Source of the DNA: Dehalococcoidia bacterium
GTDB taxonomy: Bacteria > Chloroflexota > Dehalococcoidia > Lucifugimonadales > UBA2985
Assembly: GCA_965261605.1 (NCBI GenBank)
Contig: OZ253466.1
Location: 1,376,819 to 1,440,818, forward strand
Direction: 5' to 3'
Length of the DNA: 64,000 nucleotides
Below the pieces are notes generated by a model, which had not been told where the DNA came from, did no database searches, and worked only from the letters and a program-made list of their open reading frames with translations. Positions 34,927 through 44,415 of the stretch are shown here, piece by piece. How positions within the stretch are numbered: position 1 is the stretch's first letter; every line of letters starts with the position of its first letter. A program made the position numbers and the translations under genes.

Positions 34927-35073
34927 CTAACCCCAGCCGGGGAGGAGGTACTGCCGAAGATTGGCGGCACCGCCGAGAATGGTAATCGATGAACCATCTG
35001 CGCAGCCGCAACAACCGGCCCTCAGATGGCTTATACGGGCGTGCTCAATTTTCGCAACGCTTACATATCTCAT
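34927..35073 (-). CDS. Possible 48-aa Cys-rich small ORF (MRYVSVAKIEHARISHLRAGCCGCADGSSITILGGAANLRQYLLPGWG)
   Basis: ATG at 35073 with a GAGAGGAGG element 13 nt upstream. It sits alone in a roughly 470-bp AT-richer spacer upstream of the aminotransferase operon. I recognise no homology. Confidence 0.2.
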   Translation of the reverse strand: MRYVSVAKIEHARISHLRAGCCGCADGSSITILGGAANLRQYLLPGWG

Positions 35074-35231
35074 ACGCTCTGTACTACCTCCTCTCTGAGA
35101 TGTGATTGCCGCGATAAGCGGACTTCCTAATCCTAGTATTTGTACAAGAAGTTTGTCAAGTCGCCAGCGTGTGCAGGCAAATCGACGCAAAGCTGTCTTA
35201 ACACGGCGTAAATGCGCTCCGGGTATCGAGA

Positions 35232-36182
35232 TTATTGTGCGAGTGCGTCTATCTGGGCAATCAGATCCGTTGAGAGAAGGCCTTTTTCCTCGGCCTCCAC
35301 GCACTCGCGAAGCTCCTGTCTGTTCTTGACTCCAAGCACGACAGTGGAGACGCCATGCATGGAGAGGGCGTACCGGTGGGCAAGGGACGCCGGCGATTCT
35401 CCGATCTCACGGGCCAGGGCGCGGAATGGGCCGCTGCGCCGGTAGTCGGCCATGTCCGGATGGTCCTCCGGCAGATCCCGGTCGAAGGCGTCCGTAAGGG
35501 CGCCGGCCTGGACGGCTCGGATGCCCATAACGCCTACGCCTCTGGCGCCGGCAGCCTCTATGATCGCGCGCGGTATTGCAAGCGCATCGTAGCGCTTGAG
35601 AGCGCCCGGAGAATCGAGCAGGTTCGAGATGGCTTGAACGGCCGCGGGCGGCGGGTCTTCCCGGAGGGTCTCGATGATGGCGTCGGGCACTCCGATGCCG
35701 GTGATGCCCCACGCTCCAATCCGGCCGCGCTCCCGCAGATCTTCAAGGGCCGGACGTACAGCTTGGATGAACAGGCTGCGCGGCGTCCCCTGGTACAGGT
35801 CTGCTGCGTTGTCCGGGACAATCATGTTGTGGAGGAAGAACAGGTCTACGCTGTCCAGCTTCATTCGGGCGAGGCTCTCGTCCAGGCTTTGGGTCAGCAG
35901 GCCCGCCACCTCGGCGGCCTCCGGGCTGCCCAGCCTGCATTTGGTGGACACGCGCACTCCTTGCGGAAGCCTACCCTGAAAGGCCTCTCCAACCACCAGC
36001 TCCGCCTCGCCGTTGCCGTACCCGGGCGCAACGTCCAGGAAGTCGATGCCGGTCTCCACCGCCTCTATCACCGTGGCCACTGACTCCTCGCGGGTTGTGA
36101 GGCCCCACACCTGGCCTATTCCACCTCCGCCGAGGGTGAGCGCGCTGACCGGTCCCAGGCTGCCGAAATCTCTCTTACGCAT
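35232..36182 (-). CDS. Aldo/keto reductase
   Basis: LTLGGGGIG...IDFLDVAPGYGNGEAE...DLFFLHN...GAWGITG fits the AKR family pattern. Confidence 0.85.
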   Translation of the reverse strand: MRKRDFGSLGPVSALTLGGGGIGQVWGLTTREESVATVIEAVETGIDFLDVAPGYGNGEAELVVGEAFQGRLPQGVRVSTKCRLGSPEAAEVAGLLTQSLDESLARMKLDSVDLFFLHNMIVPDNAADLYQGTPRSLFIQAVRPALEDLRERGRIGAWGITGIGVPDAIIETLREDPPPAAVQAISNLLDSPGALKRYDALAIPRAIIEAAGARGVGVMGIRAVQAGALTDAFDRDLPEDHPDMADYRRSGPFRALAREIGESPASLAHRYALSMHGVSTVVLGVKNRQELRECVEAEEKGLLSTDLIAQIDALAQ

Positions 36183-36189
36183 GGAAAGC

Positions 36190-37158
36190 CTAGCTCCCTA
36201 CGGTGAGGACAATCTTGCCGAAGATGACCCGTTCCGAAAGCAGTCGCTGTGCGGACTCGGCCTCTTCCCAGGGAAGCGCCCTGTCCACTATCGGCTTTAC
36301 GGTTCCGTCCTCGAACCAGGCCTTGAGCTGCGCCCAACCTGCGCCTTCGGCATCCTCTGCTGCATCGTTGAAGACTCCCGACTGCTGCACCGACTGCCCC
36401 CTCGCTTCCATGGCGCTTTGGTCCTGCTCCGAGCGGGGGCCGGCCGGCGCGCCGACGTTCACGACGCGTCCGCCCTCGGCAAGGGCCTTCATGGTTGCAT
36501 CGAAGACGGCGCCTCCAACCGAGTCCAGGACGACATCCACGCCTCGGCCGTCCGTGAGTCGCTGAAGCTCCGCCGTCACGTCCTGGGTTGAGTAGTTTAT
36601 TCCGCCCTCCGCGCCAAGCTCCAAACCTCTCGCCACCTTGGCGTCGCTCCCGGCCGTCGTCAGCACACGCGCTCCCGACGCCCTGGCTATCTGGATGGCG
36701 GCCGTACCCACTCCGCTGCCCGCAGCGTGGACCAGCACCGTCTCGCCGGGCTGCATCCGTCCGAGCTTCCTTATGCCGTACCAAGCCGTGAGAAACACAC
36801 ATGGGATAGAGGCCCCGTCCACCATGCTCATACCTTCGGGCAGCCTGTAGGCGAGGACTGCGCGGGACGGGACGAACTCAGCGTATGCCCCCCGAGCCAG
36901 TGCGATTACGGGGTCGCCCTCTTTCCATCCGCTCACGTCAGAACCTACGGCCTCGATTGTGCCGCCGACGTCGAGGCCGGGAATGAAGGGCTCTCCGGTT
37001 GCGGCCCCGCCAACGGCCCCCCTCCCCAGGTCAGCCCGGTTCACTCCTATAGCTGAGGACCGAATCAAGACCTGGTCGGGTCGCGGCTCCGGCGTGGGCA
37101 CATCCTCCATCATGAGTCTACGCTCGTCCCCGGAGATATGAACACGTATAGCGCGCAT
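36190..37158 (-). CDS. NADPH:quinone oxidoreductase / zinc-type alcohol dehydrogenase superfamily (MDR)
   Basis: VLIRSSAIGVNRADL...GETVLVHAAGSGVGTAAIQIA (Rossmann fold)...GKIVL. Confidence 0.85.
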   Translation of the reverse strand: MRAIRVHISGDERRLMMEDVPTPEPRPDQVLIRSSAIGVNRADLGRGAVGGAATGEPFIPGLDVGGTIEAVGSDVSGWKEGDPVIALARGAYAEFVPSRAVLAYRLPEGMSMVDGASIPCVFLTAWYGIRKLGRMQPGETVLVHAAGSGVGTAAIQIARASGARVLTTAGSDAKVARGLELGAEGGINYSTQDVTAELQRLTDGRGVDVVLDSVGGAVFDATMKALAEGGRVVNVGAPAGPRSEQDQSAMEARGQSVQQSGVFNDAAEDAEGAGWAQLKAWFEDGTVKPIVDRALPWEEAESAQRLLSERVIFGKIVLTVGS

Positions 37159-37229
37159 ACTACTTCATCCTTTCGCTTGGAAAAGGCTTATTGTATCAGT
37201 CTCTTTGCCTGCGTACCCAACCCACGCCA

Positions 37230-37583
37230 TCACATCAGTCCATGGACAGAGACCAGTCTCTGACGCGCCGGATCCACTCCCATGAACGCCATCTCAAGGG
37301 CCAAAGCTCCGAGCAGGGGTGTGGTGCTCTCGTCATTGAACAGGACCAGGGTGAAGACTTCTTCTCTTCCGACTCGCACCCACGTCTGCCCGACGTCCAT
37401 CTCCCTGGTCTCGCCGTGGGCTGACTCGAAGCTCCGGCGCATTGAGGGCTGAACTCCCAGTTCACGCAGGACCGATGCCGGCACGACCGTAATGGACGCG
37501 CCCGTGTCCACCAGAGCTTCAAGGGTCTTCCAACGCCCGCGGTCGGGGTCGCCTATGCCTATCTCAATGCTGAAAGTACCCAT
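37230..37583 (-). CDS. Retropepsin-like (clan AA) aspartic protease
   Basis: ALVDTGASITVVP is the active-site D-T-G-A motif. At 117 aa, the size is typical. Confidence 0.7.
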   Translation of the reverse strand: MGTFSIEIGIGDPDRGRWKTLEALVDTGASITVVPASVLRELGVQPSMRRSFESAHGETREMDVGQTWVRVGREEVFTLVLFNDESTTPLLGALALEMAFMGVDPARQRLVSVHGLM

Positions 37584-37602
37584 TGCAACTTCATCCTTTC
37601 GC

Positions 37603-38562
37603 TTACGAAGAAGGCGTCGTCAGGGGCCAGGTGCCCGTCGACGGGACACCCATCTGGGACTCCCGCCGCTCGCGGATGCGCGTGCCCGTTGTGGGGTCGA
37701 CCGCCCGGGACCACGTGCGCTTCATCGAGTCGACCACGTTATTGGAGCTGCGCCCCACACCTTCGATCTCAATCTCCCCCACGTCGCCGTCCTGGAGCGG
37801 GCCCAGACCCTGGTGATTGGTTCCGCACAGGATGAGGTCGCCCGGCTTCAGCGTCATGTTGGCCGAGAGGGCCGCTATGAGGTAGGCGATGCTGTGCTCC
37901 ATGTCGCTGGTGTTGTAGTCCTGGCGGAGGTCTCCGTTGACCCTGTACTTGACGTTCAGGTTGTTGGGGTCCTTTATCTCATCCGCGGTGGTTATGGCCG
38001 GGCCGATGGGCAGGAAGGTGTCGAAGGACTTGCCGTACTCACCGGGCAGGGTTGCCTCTCCCTCCACCGGCGCCCTGGCCGAGACGTCCACCGAGGTTGT
38101 GTACCCGAAGATGTGGTCCAGGGCCTGGGCCACCGGCACGTTGGTGGCAGCCTTTCCTATCACAAAGGCCAGCTCGGCCTCGTGATGGAAGATGACCGGT
38201 CGGAAGGATGGAAGCACGATGGTGTCCCCCGGCCCAATGACCGCGTCGGGCGACTTGAAGAAGGTCGCCAGCGGGCGCACCGGTTCGACGGGGACGCCCT
38301 CCATGAAGTTGCCCCGGCCGCAGAGCACCTTGCCCGGTCGCGGGACGGGCGGCCGCAGTCGCACATCGCTCAGGGGGATTGTCGTGCCTTGCTCCTCCAG
38401 CCTCTCCAGCCTGGGCCGCAGGAACTGGAAGTTGACAATGATGTTCTCCAGGGTAAGCTGCGGAGAGCCGCCCTGTAGCTGATGCACCTCCCCGCTGATG
38501 TCCACCACGCCGTTTTCCTTCAGTATGCACGGTCGAAAGTCGTTGTAGAAGCCTATCTTCAT
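37603..38562 (-). CDS. Fumarylacetoacetate hydrolase (FAH) family protein
   Basis: FFKSPDAVIGPGDTIVLP...HHEAELAFVIGK...GYTTSVDVSAR...KSFDTFLPIGP...PGDLILCGT are FAH-fold motifs. Confidence 0.85.
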   Translation of the reverse strand: MKIGFYNDFRPCILKENGVVDISGEVHQLQGGSPQLTLENIIVNFQFLRPRLERLEEQGTTIPLSDVRLRPPVPRPGKVLCGRGNFMEGVPVEPVRPLATFFKSPDAVIGPGDTIVLPSFRPVIFHHEAELAFVIGKAATNVPVAQALDHIFGYTTSVDVSARAPVEGEATLPGEYGKSFDTFLPIGPAITTADEIKDPNNLNVKYRVNGDLRQDYNTSDMEHSIAYLIAALSANMTLKPGDLILCGTNHQGLGPLQDGDVGEIEIEGVGRSSNNVVDSMKRTWSRAVDPTTGTRIRERRESQMGVPSTGTWPLTTPSS

Positions 38563-38703
38563 CTGATACCTCCTGCTCCTTCAGTCAAAAGGGGGCTGCT
38601 CTGGGGATAAATTGCCTGTCTATTTATACCCTTTGCAGCAAGGCGAACGCAACCCCTTGCGCTTCGCCTAGAGATACGGGCGGGTTGTGCAACGGGACGG
38701 ATA

Positions 38704-39213
38704 ATGTGGTATCTTCCACCTGTTATGATGGAGGAAGCACGGTTCTGCCCCAGGTGCAGCGCGCGCCTGGAGATACGAGAGGTCAACGGCGCGCAGAGGC
38801 CCCGATGCCCGGATTGCGGCAGGGTCATCTACTACGACCCCAAGCTGGCCGCGACAGTGGTGGTGGAGCGCGACGATAGGGTGCTCATGGTGCGGCGCGC
38901 CATCCAGCCGGGCATCGGCCTGTGGAGCCTGCCAGGCGGATACGTCGACCGGGGCGAGGTTGTAGAGAAGGCGGCGGCCAGAGAGGTGCTTGAGGAGACC
39001 GGTCTGCAGGTGGACATCACCGGCCTGCTGGGCATCTTCTCCGAGGAGGGCCATCCCGTGGTGCTGGCGGCCTTCAATGCCCAGGAGGTTGGCGGCGAGG
39101 CCAAAGCCGGGCCGGAGGTCTCTGAGCTGGGGTTCTTCCTCCTGGACGAGCTCCCTCCCTTGGCCTTTCCCAGAGACCCAATCATCCTGGAGGCCTGGAA
39201 GCGATCGAAATAG
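38704..39213 (+). CDS. NUDIX hydrolase with an N-terminal zinc ribbon
   Basis: CPRCS...CPDCG, followed by the Nudix box GGYVDRGEVVEKAAAREVLEETGL. The start is uncertain within the first 10 codons. Confidence 0.8.
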   Translation: MWYLPPVMMEEARFCPRCSARLEIREVNGAQRPRCPDCGRVIYYDPKLAATVVVERDDRVLMVRRAIQPGIGLWSLPGGYVDRGEVVEKAAAREVLEETGLQVDITGLLGIFSEEGHPVVLAAFNAQEVGGEAKAGPEVSELGFFLLDELPPLAFPRDPIILEAWKRSK

Positions 39214-39305
39214 GGCTGCGCCGCCGGCTTGGTCAAAGAAAGCCGTGAATGCAGTCTTCCCAAACTCGCCCTACCCCGTCCATAACCTGAGTCTCTTGCG
39301 CTAGC

Positions 39306-40088
39306 TCAGCCGCCGACTTTTACCACGCGGCTGCCTGTGGGCTGGATAGGACGATTGTTGGGACCGCCGCTCAATGCCAGCAGTCTGTCGACCTGTTCCT
39401 GTGAAATAGTCTTTGGCTGGCGCATCACAAACCAGCCAACCGGCTCCTGGCACGGGGGTGTCGTCTTCGAGCCGTCGTACTGGTAATAGCCGAGTTCGTT
39501 CGGCGCGAAACCGCCGGCGTTGAGCGTAATGCCGGCGCTGATGGTATTACCGACAGCAGGGGTAGCGTCGAGTATCGCTTCCACCGCGGCGCTGGGCGCG
39601 CCCAGTTTAAACAAAAGCGCCACCGCCGCCAGGCGACCGTCGGCGCCGGCATGGACCAGGTGCAGCTCTGCCGCGAAGCTCACGCCGTCTATCCAATGTT
39701 CCGAGGGTGAATGAAGGTGCGCCGATTTCAGCTCGAAGATCTGTTTGCCGACACTCAACATGCTGCCTGGTGGGTAGTCAATGTGTACAAACCTGCCGTC
39801 GTTGCGCACTGCTGCCGCGTCGCTGTCATACAAGAACGAAATAGGCTCGGCATCGGTCATTTCGTACCCGGTGATATCCACAGGCGATTGCTGCTTACCG
39901 TCGGCGCAGGTTGCGTATTCTTCAGACAGGGAGGCCCAGTTTTCCGGCGCGCCGGGCCCGCCGTATCCCCACTCCACTGCGTCTGCCGGCGGCGGCTCGC
40001 CATCGCCGCAGGACGCAAGCACGAACACTGCCGACAGCAGGCACACCAGCACTGGCCCGGCGATTTTCATTTTCGGATTGTTTCTCAA
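39306..40088 (-). CDS. Alpha-class carbonic anhydrase, lipoprotein
   Basis: Signal/lipobox (VLASC), WGYGGPGAPENW...QQSPVDI...HLHSPSEHWIDG...AELHLVH (three His zinc ligands). Confidence 0.85.
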   Translation of the reverse strand: MRNNPKMKIAGPVLVCLLSAVFVLASCGDGEPPPADAVEWGYGGPGAPENWASLSEEYATCADGKQQSPVDITGYEMTDAEPISFLYDSDAAAVRNDGRFVHIDYPPGSMLSVGKQIFELKSAHLHSPSEHWIDGVSFAAELHLVHAGADGRLAAVALLFKLGAPSAAVEAILDATPAVGNTISAGITLNAGGFAPNELGYYQYDGSKTTPPCQEPVGWFVMRQPKTISQEQVDRLLALSGGPNNRPIQPTGSRVVKVGG

Positions 40089-40096
40089 GAGTCCCG

Positions 40097-41098
40097 CTAG
40101 TAGCCCCTGTCCGCGTCGTACACGTTGAGCAGGTCATGGCCGTCCAGGTATCGGCGAAGGTTCTCCAGGAATAGGTCGGTTGCCCGCTCCTCATAGAGTA
40201 GGGAGTTGCCGGCGACGTGGGCGGTCATCAGGAGCCGCGGCTCGTTCCACAGGGGGCTGTCCGGGGGCAGAGGTTCGCGGGCGAAGACGTCCAGGGCCGC
40301 TCCCGCCAGGTGTCCGTCTCGCAGGGCGCTGACAAGGGCGACCTCGTCAACGATGCCGCCGCGGCCCACGTTCACTATGTAGCTGCCTCGCTTCATCTGC
40401 CGGATCTGCTCCTCGCCCAGAAGGCCAATGGTCTCAGGCGTGCCCGGAAGGCAGATGATGAGGAAGTCGCTCTCCCGAAGCATATGAGGCAGATCTCTGG
40501 GCGGTAACAGCAGGTCGACGCCGCCCTGGCCTGCAACAGGTTCCGTTATCGACCTGCGCATTGCCAGCACGCGCATATCCAGCGAGCGGCACAGCCTCGC
40601 CACTCTGGAGCCTATCTTGCCAAGCCCCAGGATACCGGCCGTGCGTCCCGCAAGCTCCCCGCCGATGAACTTCCAGTAGTCCACTTTATCCTGGGCGCGG
40701 ATGGCAGCGGGGAACTCCTTGGCAAGGGCGATCATGCTGCCCAGCACCCACTCCGATATGGGTATGGCGTGGATGCCGCTGGCGGTGGTGAACACAAGCG
40801 AACTGTACTCCAGCCCCTCTCGTATCGCCACGTCCGCGCCGGCGCTGATGAGTTGCACCCAGCGTAGGTGCGGAGCGGTCTCCCGCAGGTTGGCGGGCAA
40901 TCGTGAGGTTAAGAGCGCCTGAGCCTCCGGGACCAGGGGCAGAAGCTGGTCCGGGAAGGGAAAGGGAGGCCATACGTCGGGCCTTGGCAGGTCCTGATCG
41001 GGGTCGTTGAGCAGCCGGACGCGCGGGTCCAGCGCGCCGATGCGCTCCATCAGCTCCGTTGGCAGCGCCCACCCCACGAGTACGGTCACTCTCTCCAT
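40097..41098 (-). CDS. D-isomer-specific 2-hydroxyacid dehydrogenase family protein
   Basis: GILGLGKIGSRVA (NAD-binding)...YIVNVGRGGIVDE...AALDVF...TAHVAG (catalytic R/E/H arrangement). Confidence 0.85.
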   Translation of the reverse strand: MERVTVLVGWALPTELMERIGALDPRVRLLNDPDQDLPRPDVWPPFPFPDQLLPLVPEAQALLTSRLPANLRETAPHLRWVQLISAGADVAIREGLEYSSLVFTTASGIHAIPISEWVLGSMIALAKEFPAAIRAQDKVDYWKFIGGELAGRTAGILGLGKIGSRVARLCRSLDMRVLAMRRSITEPVAGQGGVDLLLPPRDLPHMLRESDFLIICLPGTPETIGLLGEEQIRQMKRGSYIVNVGRGGIVDEVALVSALRDGHLAGAALDVFAREPLPPDSPLWNEPRLLMTAHVAGNSLLYEERATDLFLENLRRYLDGHDLLNVYDADRGY

Positions 41099-41123
41099 AG
41101 CGTCTTTATTGTACGCGTGTACG
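41023..41123. repeat. Left copy of a 101-bp direct repeat: the first 76 nt of the dehydrogenase CDS plus 25 nt upstream
   Basis: Manual alignment to 42235-42335 gives 99 of 101 identical. Confidence 0.92.
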
Positions 41124-41251
41124 TCCTAGTGCGCTACAGGCCGACCGCATTATCTCGCTCCATGACGCCCCTCACGTCGCGTATCAGAGGCGACGATACC
41201 CTGCCGCTTTTGACTCGTAATGCTATTCCTTGGTAACGCAAACGGCGAAGT

Positions 41252-42085
41252 CTATTTGATTTTCTTTGCTGTGGTGATTAGGCCGTATGGGTCCCAAATC
41301 TGAAGATTGCCTTGCCGGTCAATGATGTAGTGTTCAAACTGATCCGCAGCCTCAAAGCGACGTCCAGTTGGTGATTGGCTCTCGACAATCGCGAAATACT
41401 CCTTTGAACCGTCATCAAATACCCACTCCAGTCGCAATTGCCCACCTTGCTTGAAAATCGTTATCCGGTCTTCAAAGCCGAGGAATTCATCTATCCACAC
41501 ACCGACAATCTCAGTGCCAAGAGCCGCGTTGACGGTTGGCGTTGGCGAGTAAGTTACGAGACCCATAGTCTTTTGGGATTGAATCTCTACGCGAGCCTCC
41601 AAACTCTCGGTGTATTCTGTAGGCTGACCTTTGCTAATCATGTACGTTTGACCAAGCTCAAGAAGGTCTACCGGGAGAATCCCAACCTCGTTGAGTGTGT
41701 CGTATCTTTCTGAATCTCGCAGCGCATTGACCTCTCCTAGCCAGGAATTAAATCTACAACAAACACCGAATCCCACTCGGACGAATTCCGGATCGGTTTT
41801 GAATCCTTGAAGCTCAACAAACAGCCGTATTAGTTCCTTGGTATCCTGGGATAAATTGGACTTGCATGACCGCAGTTCCTCCAGAAGTTTTGTCACGCTT
41901 GGGTTTTCCGGCGCTGCGCAATTCACCGTCAAGGCGACAGCAGATGCGGGCACTCTCGCGGTTGCAGTGGCCGCAATTGCTGCTACCTGTGCTGGCGGTA
42001 CGGGTGTGGGACTTCCATTCATGCACGCCACTATCAGCACTGTCAATCCAATCATCGCGGCTGCTCCGACAGCTGTGCTACGCAT
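41252..42085 (-). CDS. Hypothetical lipoprotein (277 aa)
   Basis: Signal peptide with lipobox (LIVAC). AT-richer than its surroundings. No family recognised. Confidence 0.6.
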   Translation of the reverse strand: MRSTAVGAAAMIGLTVLIVACMNGSPTPVPPAQVAAIAATATARVPASAVALTVNCAAPENPSVTKLLEELRSCKSNLSQDTKELIRLFVELQGFKTDPEFVRVGFGVCCRFNSWLGEVNALRDSERYDTLNEVGILPVDLLELGQTYMISKGQPTEYTESLEARVEIQSQKTMGLVTYSPTPTVNAALGTEIVGVWIDEFLGFEDRITIFKQGGQLRLEWVFDDGSKEYFAIVESQSPTGRRFEAADQFEHYIIDRQGNLQIWDPYGLITTAKKIK

Positions 42086-42234
42086 CTCCCCCCATCTCTA
42101 GAGTCCCTTTACAGCCAATGGCCCTCCTGAGTGATGACCACATAGGTTGACGCACTCCCCAACACCTCGTCATGGTGCATATGGCTGTGCCCGTAGAGGG
42201 ACTTGAGGAATTGGTGGATTCTCAACTCGCCGAA

Positions 42235-42335
42235 GCGGGTCCAGCGCGCCGATGCGCTCCATCAGCTCCGCTGGCAGCGCCCACCCCACTAGTACGGTCA
42301 CTCTCTCCATAGCGTCTTTATTGTACGCGTGTACG
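42235..42335. repeat. Right copy of the 101-bp direct repeat, carrying a truncated 46-codon remnant of the dehydrogenase 5' end
   Basis: Same orientation as 41023-41123, with two substitutions. The remnant reads MERVTVLVGWALPAELMERIGALDP and then diverges. Confidence 0.92.
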
Positions 42336-42391
42336 GCGCTCCGCGCCACAGATCGCGGGCTACCCTGGACGGGAGGCTAATCTTCGACCGT

Positions 42392-42512
42392 GGTTCCCGC
42401 CCCCGTATCGGGGTACGGGGCACGCTCATGGAGAGCTGGATTTCTGCCCCCGCATCAAGTCATGTCCCCGACTCCTATCGGGGAGCGGGGCAAGCTCCGC
42501 GGGAATGACGGA
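42392..42512. repeat. Palindromic repeat units (ccccgtatcggggtacgggg; ccccgactcctatcgggg; gcgggaatgac)
   Basis: Same unit families as at 7475-7558 and 48470-48500. Confidence 0.75.
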
Positions 42513-42515
42513 AGG

Positions 42516-43220
42516 CTAGGCTTCCTGATCCCCTCTCAGCTTTTCGAGCAGCCACGTCTTGAGAAGGGGGTAAAGCTCGTCCCGGCACTCGCGGAGACCG
42601 TGGCCGGCGCCTGGATAGAGGACCAGCTTCTTGGGCTCCTCCGCAATGTCGTTTATAAGCTTGGAGCAGTGTGGCCCCAGCCTGGTGTCCTCCTCGCCGT
42701 GCACCAACAGCAAGGGCCTTGGGGTCACCAGATTGGCGTACTGCGCGCCGTAGGTCTGGCTGGCGAGGCCCACCACCGTCACCACCGCTTCGCTCAGGGG
42801 AGCGGCCGCTATGACCACGGCTCCGCCGAAGGAGTGTCCCACCAGCGCCACCCTCTCGTGCCCCTTGTCCTGAAGGAAGGACACACCCGCCAGGATATCC
42901 ATCATACAGTGCAGGAAGTTGTTGGGCTTCCTGTAGCTCAGCCGTAGGGACGACACCCCGTCCTCTATAAGCTCGTCGGATAGGATGGGATAGAGACCGC
43001 CTCCTCCGCTGAACCCACCTGCTGCGCCCGATACCCAGATGATGCCCTGGGTGGCGCCCTCCGCCCGATGGTACATGCAGCGAATCGGGCCCAGATTGGT
43101 GCGCACTAGGATACCCGATCCCCCGGTGGCCTCCGGCAGCCTCCAGGGCGCAACTCCCTTGTATTCGATGGGGACCGGCGTCCCCTCAAGCAGGCTCTCC
43201 CACGATGGCTCGCTAACCAC
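42516..43220 (-). CDS. Alpha/beta hydrolase (dienelactone hydrolase-like)
   Basis: Nucleophile elbow GHSFGG, followed by LLLVHGEEDT and a GAGHGL C-terminal His region. Confidence 0.75.
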   Translation of the reverse strand: MVSEPSWESLLEGTPVPIEYKGVAPWRLPEATGGSGILVRTNLGPIRCMYHRAEGATQGIIWVSGAAGGFSGGGGLYPILSDELIEDGVSSLRLSYRKPNNFLHCMMDILAGVSFLQDKGHERVALVGHSFGGAVVIAAAPLSEAVVTVVGLASQTYGAQYANLVTPRPLLLVHGEEDTRLGPHCSKLINDIAEEPKKLVLYPGAGHGLRECRDELYPLLKTWLLEKLRGDQEA

Positions 43221-44406
43221 TTCTGATCCTCCCTACAAATCGTCCTATTCTCACCAGGGCTTCCTCTATCTCGTCCGTGGCGACGGCGTAGCAGCACCGA
43301 ACGTGCCCCTCGCCGCTGGGACCGAAGGCCGATCCCGGGACCAGCGCCACCCTCTCCTCCATCAGCAGACGCTCCGCAAACTCCTCGGAGGACATGTCCA
43401 GGCTCTTGATGGACGGGAAGGTGTAGAATGCGCCCTGGGGCTCCAGACAGCTAAGGCCCAGCCGGTTCAGGCCGCGCACCATCAGGTGTCGTCGGCGGTT
43501 GTACTCCTCGCGGGTCTCCTCCACAGCCCTATCCCCAGAGCGCAGCGCCTCTATGGCCGCCATCTGGCCCTGAATGGGCGCGCACATCATCGTGTACTGG
43601 TGCACCTTCATCATCGCCTCAATGATCTCAGGGCGGCCGCAGGCATAGCCGATGCGCCAGCCAGTCATGGCGTAGGACTTGGAGAACCCGCTCAGGTGGA
43701 CGGTCTGCTCGGCCATGCCGGGCAGCGAAGCGAAGTAGGTGTGCTCCGTGCCGTACACCAGACGCTCGTATATCTCATCTGAGATGACCAGCAAATCTCG
43801 TCTCCGGGCGATGTCCGCTATCTCCTCCAACTCCTGTCGGGACATTACGGCCCCCGTCGGGTTGTTGGGATAGCCTATGAGAATGGCCTTGGTCCTGCCG
43901 GTCACTTTGGCCTCGATGTCCTCGGGACGCACCCTGAAGCCGTTCTCCATGTGGGTGGGCACCGTGATTGGAACGCCCCCGGCCAGGGTGACGCAGGGCA
44001 TGTAGGATACGTATGTCGGCTCCGGGATGATAACCTCGTCTCCGGGGTCGATGATAGCCCGCATCGCCAGGTCCAGCGCCTGGCTCACCCCCACCGTCAC
44101 CAGCACCTGGTTCGCGGGGTCGTAGCTCAGGCCGGCGCGCTTGCTCATGTACCCGCTTATCTCCTGGCGCAGCTCCATCAGGCCATAGTTGGACGTGTAC
44201 ATGGTATAGCCCTTCTCGATGGAGTAGATGGCGGCCTCCCGGATTCGCCAGGGTGTGACGAAGTCCGGCTCGCCGACTCCCAGGGAGATGACGTCGTCCA
44301 TGGTGGTCAGCAGGTCGAAGAACTTGCGAATCCCGGAGGGGGACAGGCTCTTCACTCTGCGGGAAATCATCGACGCCGCGCCCTTATCTTCGTGATAGTA
44401 GCTCAA
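43213..44406 (-). CDS. PLP-dependent aminotransferase, class I (aspartate/aromatic type)
   Basis: ISLGVGEPDF...YTSNYG...GYPNNPTG...LVISDEIYERL...LSGFSKSYAMTGWRIGY. Confidence 0.88.
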   Translation of the reverse strand: MSYYHEDKGAASMISRRVKSLSPSGIRKFFDLLTTMDDVISLGVGEPDFVTPWRIREAAIYSIEKGYTMYTSNYGLMELRQEISGYMSKRAGLSYDPANQVLVTVGVSQALDLAMRAIIDPGDEVIIPEPTYVSYMPCVTLAGGVPITVPTHMENGFRVRPEDIEAKVTGRTKAILIGYPNNPTGAVMSRQELEEIADIARRRDLLVISDEIYERLVYGTEHTYFASLPGMAEQTVHLSGFSKSYAMTGWRIGYACGRPEIIEAMMKVHQYTMMCAPIQGQMAAIEALRSGDRAVEETREEYNRRRHLMVRGLNRLGLSCLEPQGAFYTFPSIKSLDMSSEEFAERLLMEERVALVPGSAFGPSGEGHVRCCYAVATDEIEEALVRIGRFVGRIRSG

Positions 44407-44415
44407 GGCATGCTC

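Noticed and set aside
34927-35304. The full 125-aa ORF 34927..35304 on the minus strand.
   Set aside because: The upstream two-thirds overlaps the end of the aldo/keto reductase gene region and is Arg/Gly-rich noise. Only the last 48 codons, which have their own ATG and RBS-like element, were kept as a low-confidence candidate.
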